Shown here: piece after piece, positions 8,770 to 17,959 of the stretch
How the letters are laid out: every line of letters starts with the position of its first letter
Numbering within the stretch: position 1 is the stretch's first letter
NCBI GenBank assembly: GCA_963820015.1
Contig: CAWFYO010000016.1
Location: 220,217-284,216 of the forward strand
Source: an uncultured Actinomycetota bacterium
Lineage (GTDB): Bacteria > Actinomycetota > Actinomycetes > Propionibacteriales > Nocardioidaceae
DNA length: 64,000 bases
Reading direction: 5' to 3'
The notes under the pieces: model-generated
The model's database searches: none
Told to the model about the DNA's origin: nothing
Seen by the model: only the letters and a program-made list of their open reading frames with translations
Translations under genes and position numbers: made by a program

Positions 8770-9608
8770 CCCTTGACTGCTCCTTGCATGATTCCGCCGA
8801 CGATCTGGCGCCCGAGGAGGACGAAGACGATGAGCACCGGGATGGTGCCGTAGAGCGTGCCCGCCATCACGATCGACTGCTGCGGCGCATACCCGGTGGC
8901 CAGGCTCTGGAACGAGACCTGCACGGTCGGGTTCTGCGAGCTCAGCGTGATGATCGGCCAGAAGAAGTCGTTCCACGACATCAGGAACGTCAGCATCCCG
9001 AGCACCGCCATGGCCGGCCGCACCGCCGGCACGACAACGGCCCAGAACACGCGCAACGGGGTGGCGCCGTCGATCCAGGCGGCCTCGATCAGCTCATCCG
9101 GCACCGCGCTCGCGACGTACTGCCGCATGAAGAAGACCCCGAACGCCGTGCACAGCGTCGGCAGGATCACCGACGAGAGGTGTCCGGCCATCCCGAGGCG
9201 CGCCATCAGCATGTAGAGCGGGATGACCCCCATCTGCAGCGGCACCATCATCGTGGCGATGCAGATGCCCAGCAGGAGGGTCGCCCCGCGGAAGCGGAGC
9301 TTGGCGAAGGCGAAGCCGGCCAGCGTGCAGAAGGCGACGGTGCCGAGGGTGACCAGCCCGGAGACGATCACGGAGTTGACCAGCCCGTGGTTGAGCGGGG
9401 CGAGCTCGAGCGCCTTCTTGGTGTTGTCGAAGATCGAGGAGTTGGGCAGCAACGGCGGGGTCTTGGCCGCCATCTCGGCGTTCGTGTGAGACGCCATCAC
9501 GATCGTGTAGTAGAGCGGGAAGATCGACACCAAGGTCACCACGCCGACGGCGGCGTAGGTGCCCCAGCCGGCCTTCATCGTCGTCCCGCTCGTGGTCGAG
9601 GCGCTCAT
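8766..9608 (-). CDS. Carbohydrate ABC transporter permease
   Basis: EAA loop PDELIEAAWIDGA; multiple TM helices. Confidence 0.95.
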   Translation of the reverse strand: MSASTTSGTTMKAGWGTYAAVGVVTLVSIFPLYYTIVMASHTNAEMAAKTPPLLPNSSIFDNTKKALELAPLNHGLVNSVIVSGLVTLGTVAFCTLAGFAFAKLRFRGATLLLGICIATMMVPLQMGVIPLYMLMARLGMAGHLSSVILPTLCTAFGVFFMRQYVASAVPDELIEAAWIDGATPLRVFWAVVVPAVRPAMAVLGMLTFLMSWNDFFWPIITLSSQNPTVQVSFQSLATGYAPQQSIVMAGTLYGTIPVLIVFVLLGRQIVGGIMQGAVKG

Positions 9609-10624
9609 CGGACCTTCACCTCCGGGGCCGTCGCGGCCAGCACGCCACGGCGGCGTCGGGAGCCACCGAGGCTGCGCTCACGCCGCCGTGCGAGCAGCAG
9701 GTTGACGGCCACCGCGGCGACGATGATCAAGAACATGGTCCAGGCAGTGGCCGAGGCCAGGCCGAGCCGGTCGTTGGTCCAGCCCTGCTGGTACATCAGC
9801 AGGCCGAGGGTCTGGTACTGCCCTTGGGTGCCGCCGTCGGGCAGGCCGTTGTGGTAGAGCAGCGGCTCACCGAAGAGCTGGGAGGCGCCGATCGTCGAGA
9901 CCACGATCGTGAACAGGATGACCGGGCGCAGACCCGGGATCGTGACGTGGCGGAACTGCGCCCACCGGCCGGCCCCGTCGATGGCGGCCGCCTCGTAGAG
10001 GTCGGTGTTGATCGCCTGCATGCCGGCGAGGTAGATGAGTGCGTTGTAGCCGGTCCAGCGCCAGGTCACGATCGTCGCCACGGCGATCTGCGACGGCCAC
10101 TTCGAGCCCTGCCAGTCGACCTCCGGCAGGTGCACGGCGTGCAGGCCCCAGTTGATCAGGCCGAGGTGCGGGTCGAAGAGCTCGACGAAGATCACGGTGG
10201 CCGCGGCCAGGCTGGTCGCGTAGGGCATCAGGATGGCGACCCGGAAGAAGGTCCGGCCGCGGAGGCTGTAGTTGAGCAGGTGGGCGATGCCCAGGGCCAT
10301 GCACAGCTGCGGGACCGTCGAGATGATGCCGATCGTGATCGTGTTGCGGAAGGCGTTCCAGAAGAACTGGTTGGTGAACAGGTTGCGGTAGTTCTCCAGC
10401 CCGATGAAGCTCGACTGGTCGTAGGTCGAGAGCCGGGTGTCGTGCAGGGACACCCAGGCGGTGTCCAGCCAGGGGTAGACGCTGAACGCCAGGAAGATCA
10501 CGAAGAACGGCAGCACGTAGACGTAGCCGATGCGGCTGCCCGGGAGACGGTGGCGCCGCGAGCGGCCCTCCGAGCGGGAGGTACGACGTACGGCGTCGGC
10601 GGTCGTCTGGGTCACGACGCTCAT
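9605..10624 (-). CDS. Carbohydrate ABC transporter permease
   Basis: FIGLENY, DLYEAAAIDGAGRWAQFRHVTIP. Confidence 0.95.
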   Translation of the reverse strand: MSVVTQTTADAVRRTSRSEGRSRRHRLPGSRIGYVYVLPFFVIFLAFSVYPWLDTAWVSLHDTRLSTYDQSSFIGLENYRNLFTNQFFWNAFRNTITIGIISTVPQLCMALGIAHLLNYSLRGRTFFRVAILMPYATSLAAATVIFVELFDPHLGLINWGLHAVHLPEVDWQGSKWPSQIAVATIVTWRWTGYNALIYLAGMQAINTDLYEAAAIDGAGRWAQFRHVTIPGLRPVILFTIVVSTIGASQLFGEPLLYHNGLPDGGTQGQYQTLGLLMYQQGWTNDRLGLASATAWTMFLIIVAAVAVNLLLARRRERSLGGSRRRRGVLAATAPEVKVR

Positions 10625-10759
10625 GCTCACCTTTCGTCCGGCGGCGCGGGAGCAACCCGGCCGACGACGCGGAGGAAGGGGGCGGAAGAACAAGCTGCGA
10701 CTTGCGGCGTGGCCCGGGCCACCGACGTGCGCAGGAGACGTCGGCGGCCCGGGGGTCGG

Positions 10760-12121
10760 TCAGCCGGTGATCTGCTTGATCTGGTCGAGCGCGGCCTGGA
10801 ACGCGTCGTCGGGCGAGGTGCCCTTGGTCTCGACGTTCGTCAGCTGCGTGGTCAGAGCCTGCTGGATCTGGGTGTCGTACAGGCCGATCGGCGGGACCTT
10901 CATCTGCGCCGCGATGTTCCCGAAGATCTCACCCACGGGCGCGTTGCTGAAGTACTCGCTCTTGGCGTTCTTCACAGCGGGCTGGGCCGCCGCGTCGGAG
11001 TTGGACGGGAAGTGTCCGCCGTCGGTCCACATCGTGACCTGCTGGTCCTTGTTGGAGAGCCACTCGACCAGCGCGATGGCGGCATCCTTGTTGTGCGCCG
11101 CGGTCGGGACGCCGAGCCACGAGCCGCCCCAGTTGGTCGCTCCACCCGGGAGCACCGGAGCGATGTCCCACTTGCCGGAGTAGGCGTCACCGGCCTGGCC
11201 CTGGATGTAACCCATCATCCAGGTCGGGCAGGCCAGCGCTGCGAACGCGCCGCTGGAGAAGGCCTTGTTCCACGCGGGCGTGAACTGCTGCAGGCCGGCG
11301 GTGATGCCGTCCTGGGCGGCCTGGGTCGCGTAGCTCCAGGCGTTCTTCACGCCGTCGCTGTTCTCGACGTCGGTCTCGCCGTTGGCGTTGGCGTAGGCCT
11401 CGCCGCCCTGGTAGACCGCGGTGGAGAAGATGCTGGCCGCGCTGTCGACGAAGTGCGAGCCGGAGGGCTTGCTCTTCGAGGCCTCGTACTGCTTGCCGAA
11501 GTTGATGAAGTCGTCCCAGGTGGTCCACTTGGTGGCCAGGGTCTTCGGGTCGGAGGGCAGGCCGGCCTCCTTGAGCAGGTCGCGGCGGTAGCAGATCGCC
11601 TCGGGGCCGATGTCGGTGCCGAGCCCGACGGTCGTCTTGCCGTCGTTGGTGGAGGCCTGCTCCCACTTCCAGGGGTAGAACTCCGCCTTGTCCGCCGCGG
11701 AGTTGGGCACGGTGTTCCAGTTGACGAACTGGTCGGTGTGGTTCTGCACGACGTCGGCCACGAAGCCGATCTCGATGGCCTGGACGTCGTCCAGCCCGCT
11801 GCTCGAGGCCAGTCGCGTCTTCAGGCGCGTCCAGTAGTCAGCCGACTGCTCGACGACGTCCTCCTTGATCGTGATGTTGGGGCAGACCTTCTTGTAGGCG
11901 TCCCACAGGCCGGCCTCCTTGAACCCGAAGGTCCCGAAGAGCCCGACGGTCAGAGTCGTGTCCGCCGTGGTCCCGCAGGGGCCGCCGCTGGCCGGGCTGC
12001 TTCCGGCGCCTGCAGTGTCCGAGGAGCTGCTGCTGCCGCAGCCGGCGAGGGTGAGGGCGCCCGCGGTCGCGAGAGCCAGCAGTGATGCGACCCGGCGACG
12101 CGGTGTCGTACTTCGGAGCAT
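10760..12121 (-). CDS. Sugar ABC substrate-binding lipoprotein (CebE-like, likely cellobiose/beta-glucosides)
   Basis: Lipobox LTLAGC; GTDIGPEAICYRRDL and NWGGSWLGVP typical of CebE-type proteins; adjacent GH1. Confidence 0.88.
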   Translation of the reverse strand: MLRSTTPRRRVASLLALATAGALTLAGCGSSSSSDTAGAGSSPASGGPCGTTADTTLTVGLFGTFGFKEAGLWDAYKKVCPNITIKEDVVEQSADYWTRLKTRLASSSGLDDVQAIEIGFVADVVQNHTDQFVNWNTVPNSAADKAEFYPWKWEQASTNDGKTTVGLGTDIGPEAICYRRDLLKEAGLPSDPKTLATKWTTWDDFINFGKQYEASKSKPSGSHFVDSAASIFSTAVYQGGEAYANANGETDVENSDGVKNAWSYATQAAQDGITAGLQQFTPAWNKAFSSGAFAALACPTWMMGYIQGQAGDAYSGKWDIAPVLPGGATNWGGSWLGVPTAAHNKDAAIALVEWLSNKDQQVTMWTDGGHFPSNSDAAAQPAVKNAKSEYFSNAPVGEIFGNIAAQMKVPPIGLYDTQIQQALTTQLTNVETKGTSPDDAFQAALDQIKQITG

Positions 12122-12165
12122 GGATCCTCCTGTTGAAGACCCGGGGTCGGGGGGACCCCGGAGTT

Positions 12166-12181
12166 GTGAGAGCGCTCTCAC
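12166..12181. promoter_or_regulatory. LacI operator, CebR-box-like perfect palindrome
   Basis: GTGAGAGCGCTCTCAC; resembles CebR box TGGGAGCGCTCCCA; lies downstream of the minus-strand promoter. Confidence 0.85.
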
Positions 12182-12195
12182 GAGCGGACGACTTC

Positions 12196-12224
12196 AGGAT
12201 GGGGTTCCGCCGTCGCTGTGTCAA
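12196..12224 (-). promoter_or_regulatory. Sigma70-type promoter of sugar operon
   Basis: Minus strand TTGACA-N17-CATCCT. Confidence 0.7.
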
Positions 12225-12255
12225 GGGTCGACGGCGAGCGAGTTGCCGGGCAGCG

Positions 12256-13299
12256 CTACGCGGTCTCCCGGAGCACCAGCTCGACGGGCAGGATGGCCGA
12301 GCGGGCCTTGGGTTCGTGGCCCGAGATGCGCTCGAGCAACAGCCGGGTCATGGCCGCGCCGAGCTCCGGGATGGGCTGCCGGACCGTCGTCAGGGCCGGT
12401 TGCTGCTCGGCCGCGGCGGGGATGTCGTCGAAGCCGATCACGGCCACGTCGTCACCGACCCGGCGCCCGCTCTCGAGCACGGCACGGACCACGCCGAAGG
12501 CGGCGAGGTCGGAGGCGGCGAAGATGGCGTCCACGTCGGGGCGCGCGACGAGGAGGCGCTTCGCGGCGTCGTACCCACCCACCGCGGTGAAGTCGCCCAC
12601 CGAGACCAGGGTGTCGTCGTAGGGCAGGCCCGCGGCCTCGACGGCCCGCCGGTAGCCCGCAAGCCGGTCCTGGCCGGCGCACATGTCGCCCGGCCCGGCG
12701 ACCGTCGCGACGTGACGCCGGCCGTGCTCGAGGAGGTACGTCGTGGCGAGCGCGCCGCCGCCCACGTTGTCCGCGTCGACGTACCAGAGCATCCGGCGGC
12801 GGCTGAGCGGACGGCCGCTCAGGACCGTGGGCACGCCGAGGTCCTCGAGGCGTTGGGGCAGCTTGTCCTTGCCGTGCAGGGAGAGCAGGAGCACGCCGTC
12901 GACGTGGCCACCGGCGGCGTAGGCCAGGAAGCGCTCCTGGTCCTCGGGCCGGGTCATCACCGTGAAGACCAGCTGGAGACCGGCGTCGGCGACCGTCTCC
13001 TGGGCGCTGCGCAGCATCCCGAGGAAGAACGGGTCGGCGAACATCCGCTCCTCGGTCTCCTCGACCAGAAACGCCACCGAGTCGCTGCGTCCGGTCACCA
13101 GCGACCGCGCTGCGAGGTTGGGCACGTAGGAGATCTCCCGGGCAGCCTCGAGCACCACGGTGCGGGCGTGCTCGCTGACCTTCTTGTCTCCGCGCAGGAC
13201 CCGGCTGGCGGTCGCCCGGGAGACGCCGGCCCGGTCCGCGACCTCCTCCAGCGTGGGCGCCGAGCGAGTGGCCCTGGCCACGCGCGACTGCGTGCTCAC
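12256..13299 (-). CDS. LacI family transcriptional regulator (CebR-like)
   Basis: PTLEEVADRAGVSRATASRVL HTH; YVPNLAARSL; DVAVIGFDD. Confidence 0.95.
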   Translation of the reverse strand: MSTQSRVARATRSAPTLEEVADRAGVSRATASRVLRGDKKVSEHARTVVLEAAREISYVPNLAARSLVTGRSDSVAFLVEETEERMFADPFFLGMLRSAQETVADAGLQLVFTVMTRPEDQERFLAYAAGGHVDGVLLLSLHGKDKLPQRLEDLGVPTVLSGRPLSRRRMLWYVDADNVGGGALATTYLLEHGRRHVATVAGPGDMCAGQDRLAGYRRAVEAAGLPYDDTLVSVGDFTAVGGYDAAKRLLVARPDVDAIFAASDLAAFGVVRAVLESGRRVGDDVAVIGFDDIPAAAEQQPALTTVRQPIPELGAAMTRLLLERISGHEPKARSAILPVELVLRETA

Positions 13300-13334
13300 G
13301 GGCCGCAGTGTGGCACGGGACATACGCTGTGCAC

Positions 13335-14456
13335 ATGCCACGGTGGCGGCTGTTCCGTCCGGGTTACCTCGGCACCGAGTCCGATCGAGCCACGTTCCGC
13401 ACCCTCCACACGGCCTCGCAGATGACCAGCGTGCTGCGGACCGGGCTCACCCAGGGCTCCGCCGAGCAGAGCGTGCGTCACCTGGCGACGTTGCTCGGCT
13501 GCCCCGCGGTCGCGGTCACCGACACCGAGGTGACACTGGCCTGGCACGGACGGGGTGCGGCCCACGGCGACTCGGTGCGGGCCCTGGCCGAGCGGTGCGT
13601 CACGGACGGAACGACGACGGTGCGGGATCATCGCGATTTCCCCTGCGGCGAGCCGGGATGTCCGCTGCGTCACGCGATCGTGGCGCCGCTGACCGTCGAG
13701 GACGCGGTGGTCGGCACCCTGATGGCCTTCACCACCACGGTCTCCGCCGGCCTGGTCCGCGCCACCGTCGAGCTGGCCCAGTGGGTGTCCGGCCAGCTCG
13801 AGCTCGCCGAGCTCGACGCCGCACGGACGTCGCGGATGGAGGCGGAGGTCCGCGCCCTGCGCGCACAGATATCACCCCACTTCGTCTACAACGCCCTGAA
13901 CACGATCGCGTCGTTCGTCCGCACCGATCCCGACCGGGCCCGCGAGCTCATCCTGGAGTTCGCCGACTTCACCCGGCACTCCTTCCAGCGTGCCGGCAGC
14001 TACACGACGCTGGAGGACGAGCTCCGCTCGATCGAGCGCTATCTCGTGCTCGAGCAGGCGAGGTTCGGGGAGCGGCTCTCGGTGATGCTGCGGATCGCCC
14101 CCGAGGTGCTCGGGGTCAGCATCCCCGTGCTGGCGCTGCAGCCCCTGGTCGAGAACGGGGTCCGGCACGGGTTGGCCGCGAAGGACGGGCCGGGCACGAT
14201 CACGATCCTGGCCGAGGACAACGACTACGAGGCGGTGATCACCGTCGAGGACGACGGCGTCGGCGAGGATCCCGAGCGCGTCCGCCGCGCGCTGGCCGGC
14301 GACGAGTCGATGGACTCCATCGGTCTCGGCAACGTCGACGAGCGGCTCCGTTCGGCGTTCGGGGACGAGTACGGACTGGTGGTCGAGACCGCACCCGGAG
14401 CCGGGACCAAGGTCACGGTCCGGGTGCCCAAGTACGCAGCGGGGGTGCGCGGGTGA
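13335..14456 (+). CDS. LytS/YehU-type histidine kinase, apparently cytoplasmic
   Basis: LRAQISPHFVYNALNTI H-box, LQPLVENGVRHG, IGLGNVDERL; no clear TM segment. Confidence 0.92.
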   Translation: MPRWRLFRPGYLGTESDRATFRTLHTASQMTSVLRTGLTQGSAEQSVRHLATLLGCPAVAVTDTEVTLAWHGRGAAHGDSVRALAERCVTDGTTTVRDHRDFPCGEPGCPLRHAIVAPLTVEDAVVGTLMAFTTTVSAGLVRATVELAQWVSGQLELAELDAARTSRMEAEVRALRAQISPHFVYNALNTIASFVRTDPDRARELILEFADFTRHSFQRAGSYTTLEDELRSIERYLVLEQARFGERLSVMLRIAPEVLGVSIPVLALQPLVENGVRHGLAAKDGPGTITILAEDNDYEAVITVEDDGVGEDPERVRRALAGDESMDSIGLGNVDERLRSAFGDEYGLVVETAPGAGTKVTVRVPKYAAGVRG

Positions 14457-15181
14457 GCGAGCGCCGAGGGCTGCGGGTGCTCGCCGTCGACGACGAGGCT
14501 CCGGCACTCGACGAGCTCGTCTTCCTCCTGGGCCGCGACGAGCGCATCGTCGACGTCCTCACCTCCCGTTCCTCCACCGACGCCCTGCGGATCCTCCGCA
14601 GCGAGCACGTCGACCTGGTCCTCCTCGACATCGCGATGCCCGGTCTCAGCGGCCTCGAGCTGGCCTCGGTCCTGCAGCAGTTCCGGTCCTGCCCTGCGGT
14701 CGTCTTCGTCACCGCTCACCAGCATCACGCCGTCGACGCCTTCGACCTGCAGGCGGCCGACTATCTCCTCAAGCCGGTCCGGGAGGATCGACTTCGCGAG
14801 GCGATCCGTCGCGTCACCGACGAGGCCGGGGCGGCCGAGCGCGACGAACAGCTGCCCGTGGAGCTGGCTGGAGTGACCCGCTTCGTCCGCCGTTCCGAGG
14901 TCCGCTACGCCTCGGCGCAGGGCGACTACGTCCGGCTGCACACGGCCTCCGGCGACCCGCTCGTGCGGATGCCGCTGGGCGCCCTCGAGCAGCGCTGGCG
15001 CGACGCCGGCTTCGTGCGGATCCACCGAAGCATCCTGATCTCGCTGGCCCATGTCGACGAGGTGCGGCTCGGGTCGGCCAAGCCGTCCGTGGTCGTCCAC
15101 GGAGTCGAGCTGCCGGTCAGCCGGCGCCACCTGCCCGACGTTCGGATGCTCCTGCGCCGACACCGCGACGGTGCGCCGTGA
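14453..15181 (+). CDS. LytTR family response regulator
   Basis: VLAVDDE receiver, LLDIAMPGLSG, FVRIHRSILI LytTR domain. Confidence 0.93.
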   Translation: MSERRGLRVLAVDDEAPALDELVFLLGRDERIVDVLTSRSSTDALRILRSEHVDLVLLDIAMPGLSGLELASVLQQFRSCPAVVFVTAHQHHAVDAFDLQAADYLLKPVREDRLREAIRRVTDEAGAAERDEQLPVELAGVTRFVRRSEVRYASAQGDYVRLHTASGDPLVRMPLGALEQRWRDAGFVRIHRSILISLAHVDEVRLGSAKPSVVVHGVELPVSRRHLPDVRMLLRRHRDGAP

Positions 15182-15561
15182 GCGACGCGCCGGTGCAGCG
15201 GGTCCGGATCACCAGCCCCCGCACCACTCACGCACGCCCCGGCCCGCGGCGTTCGAACGCCTCGGAGATCGACGCGTTGACCCGGCTCGGGGAGGTCTAC
15301 GTCGACAGCCTGATGCGTGCCCAGCTGCGCCTCGCAGGCTACGTCGTGCTCGCCCTGGCGCTCACCCTCGGCGTCCTGCCGGTCGCGCTCCGCGGGCTGC
15401 CCCTCGGGCAGGTCCACGTCCTCGGCGCACCGCTGCCCTGGCTCGTGCTCGGGATCGGCGTGTACCCGTGGCTGCTGGCCCTGGCCTGGTGGTACGTCCG
15501 TCGCGCCGAGCGCAACGAGGCGGCGTTCGAGGATCTCGTCGAACGGCCGGGCGAACCGTGA
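15178..15561 (+). CDS. Small membrane protein (DUF485-like partner of ActP-type symporters)
   Basis: Two TM helices; directly upstream of the symporter. Confidence 0.7.
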   Translation: MSDAPVQRVRITSPRTTHARPGPRRSNASEIDALTRLGEVYVDSLMRAQLRLAGYVVLALALTLGVLPVALRGLPLGQVHVLGAPLPWLVLGIGVYPWLLALAWWYVRRAERNEAAFEDLVERPGEP

Positions 15562-17078
15562 GAGAGGCGACCGCCCTGCTCGCGATATCTGTGGTGGTGG
15601 TGTCGACCCTCGCGGTCGGCGCCTTCGGACTCCGGATCTCTCGTACGACGAGCGACTTCTTCGTCGCCTCCCGCCGCGTCGGGCCGTTCCTCAACGCCTC
15701 GGCGATCGGTGGGGAGTACCTGTCGGCCGCGTCGTTCCTCGGCGTCGCGGGCCTCGTCCTCGCCCGCGGGGTCGACATGCTCTGGTACCCGATCGGCTGG
15801 ACCGCCGGCTACCTCCTGCTGCTGGTCTTCGTCGCCGCACCGCTGCGCCGGTCGGGTGCCTACACGCTGCCCGACTTCGCCGAGTTCCGGGTCGAGTCCG
15901 CGCGCGCCCGCCAGGTCGCGAGCTGGCTGGTGTGCCTGATCTGCGGGCTCTACCTGGTCCCCCAGCTCGAGGGCGCGGGCCTGACCCTCGCCGCCCTGAC
16001 CGGGGCCCCCACGTGGGTCGGCGCCGTGGTCGTGGCCCTGGTGGTGCTGGTCAACGTCGCCGCCGGGGGCATGCGCAGCATCACGCTCGTGCAGGCGTTC
16101 CAGTACTGGCTCAAGCTGTGCGCGCTGCTGGTCCCTCTGCTCCTCCTCTGGCTCGCCTGGCACCACGACGGCTCGCCGGACCACCACCTGCAAACCCGCG
16201 ACTGGGTGGAGCCGCTGACCGGGCCGCACGCGACGTACCTGACCTACTCGCTGATCCTCGCCACCTTCCTGGGCACGATGGGGCTGCCCCATGTCGTGGT
16301 CCGCTTCTACACCAACCACGACGGCCGGGCGGCGCGGCGGACGACCCTGGTGGTGCTGGTCATGCTCAGCGTCTTCTACCTGCTCCCGACGGCGTACGGC
16401 GTGCTGGGCCGGGTCTACGCCTCTGACCTGGTCGCCTCGGGACGCACGGACTCGGTCGTGCTGACCCTGCCTGACCGGGTGCTCCCCGGCACTCCCGCGA
16501 CGCTGCTGACCGCCTTCCTCGGTGCCGGCGCGTTCGCTGCCTTCTTGTCGACGTCGTCGGGCCTGGTGGTCTCGATCAGCGGCGTGCTCTCGCAGGACCT
16601 GCTCGGCCGCCGCTTCGGCGGCGTGACCGGCTTCCGGATCGGAAGCGCCGTGGCCGTGGGCGGCACCCTGCTGCTGACCCTGGGCTCGCAGGGGCTTCCG
16701 GTCGCGCACGCGGTGGAGCTGGCGTTCGCGGTCGCCGCGTCGACGTTCTGTCCCCTGCTGCTGCTCGGGATCTGGTGGCGCGGCCTGACCGCGCTCGGCG
16801 CGATCGCGGGGCTGGTCGGCGGTGGGGTCTCGTCCGGGACCGCCGTGCTGGCCGTGATGCTCGGGGCGAGCCCACCGGGATGGCCGGGCGCGCTGCTCGC
16901 GCAGCCGGCCCTGCTGACCGTCCCCTTGGCCTTCACCCTCATGGTCGGCGTCTCGTTGGCCGACCGTGCGCACCGGCCGCTGCACGTGGGCCGGGCGATG
17001 GTGCGGCTGCACCTGCCCGAGGCCGTGGAGGTCGATCGGGGCAGCTACCACCCGATGGCAGCCCGGAACGGCAGCTGA
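15558..17078 (+). CDS. Cation/acetate symporter (sodium:solute symporter family, ActP-like)
   Basis: SDFFVASR, NASAIGGEYLSAASFLG, LGTMGLPHVVVRFYT. Confidence 0.9.
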   Translation: MREATALLAISVVVVSTLAVGAFGLRISRTTSDFFVASRRVGPFLNASAIGGEYLSAASFLGVAGLVLARGVDMLWYPIGWTAGYLLLLVFVAAPLRRSGAYTLPDFAEFRVESARARQVASWLVCLICGLYLVPQLEGAGLTLAALTGAPTWVGAVVVALVVLVNVAAGGMRSITLVQAFQYWLKLCALLVPLLLLWLAWHHDGSPDHHLQTRDWVEPLTGPHATYLTYSLILATFLGTMGLPHVVVRFYTNHDGRAARRTTLVVLVMLSVFYLLPTAYGVLGRVYASDLVASGRTDSVVLTLPDRVLPGTPATLLTAFLGAGAFAAFLSTSSGLVVSISGVLSQDLLGRRFGGVTGFRIGSAVAVGGTLLLTLGSQGLPVAHAVELAFAVAASTFCPLLLLGIWWRGLTALGAIAGLVGGGVSSGTAVLAVMLGASPPGWPGALLAQPALLTVPLAFTLMVGVSLADRAHRPLHVGRAMVRLHLPEAVEVDRGSYHPMAARNGS

Positions 17079-17163
17079 CCGCTCGTCGTGCCAGCGCTAC
17101 CGCTCGTCGCGTCACCTGGTCCCGCACGGCGCCGTCGGGCGCCCGTTGGGCGCAACACGGGGC

Positions 17164-17177
17164 GTGACCCCTGTCAC
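17164..17177. promoter_or_regulatory. Putative CRP/GlxR site upstream of satP-acs
   Basis: GTGA-CCCCTG-TCAC. Confidence 0.55.
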
Positions 17178-17233
17178 TTCGAAGGCGACCCTCCTACCGT
17201 CCGGGCTGTCCAACGACAGAGACAGGAGTCCTC

Positions 17234-17839
17234 ATGTCCGAAACATCGACCACCCCCGCAGCCCGCGTGCCCGGGGCGCACATCGCCGACCCCGCACCCC
17301 TGGGCCTGGCCGGGTTCGGGCTCACGACGTTGGTCCTCAGCGCGATCAATGCCCACTGGATCCCGCCGACGCTCCTACCGGTGGTGTTCGGGATGGCGCT
17401 GGCCTACGGCGGGATCGCCCAGTTCGCGGCCGGATTGTGGGAGTTCGCCAAGGGCAACACCTTCGGTGCCACCGCCTTCTGCTCCTACGGCGCGTTCTGG
17501 GTCTCCTACTGGTGGCTCACGGCCCACAACGTCACCGAGCTGCCCGCTGCCGACGCGCACAAGGCCACCGGCCTGTACCTTCTCGCCTGGGGCATCTTCA
17601 CCGCGTACATGTCCGTGGCCGCGTTCCGGGTGAACGTCGCCGTCCTGGTCGTGTTCGTGCTTCTGACTATCACGTTCCTGGTGCTCGCCTGGGGCGACTT
17701 CGCCACCTCCACGGGCCTGGGGAAGCTGGGCGGGTGGATCGGTGTCGCCACGGCACTAGCCGCGCTCTACGCCTCGTTCGCCGGGGTCGTCGCGTTCACC
17801 TGGGGCCGGGCGGTCGTCCCGGTGGGTGCGCGGCAGTAG
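17234..17839 (+). CDS. satP: Acetate uptake transporter, GPR1/FUN34/YaaH (SatP) family
   Basis: ADPAPLGLAGFGLTT, GNTFGATAFCSYGAFW signatures. Confidence 0.93.
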   Translation: MSETSTTPAARVPGAHIADPAPLGLAGFGLTTLVLSAINAHWIPPTLLPVVFGMALAYGGIAQFAAGLWEFAKGNTFGATAFCSYGAFWVSYWWLTAHNVTELPAADAHKATGLYLLAWGIFTAYMSVAAFRVNVAVLVVFVLLTITFLVLAWGDFATSTGLGKLGGWIGVATALAALYASFAGVVAFTWGRAVVPVGARQ

Positions 17840-17959
17840 TCGCGCCCCTGTCTTCTGGCAGTCGGGACCAACACCGATCCAACCCGGCAGACCTAGGCTG
17901 GACGGATGGTCCCGTCTGCGAGGGACCCAGCCTGGCATCGAAGAGGAGAACGAGGAGCC

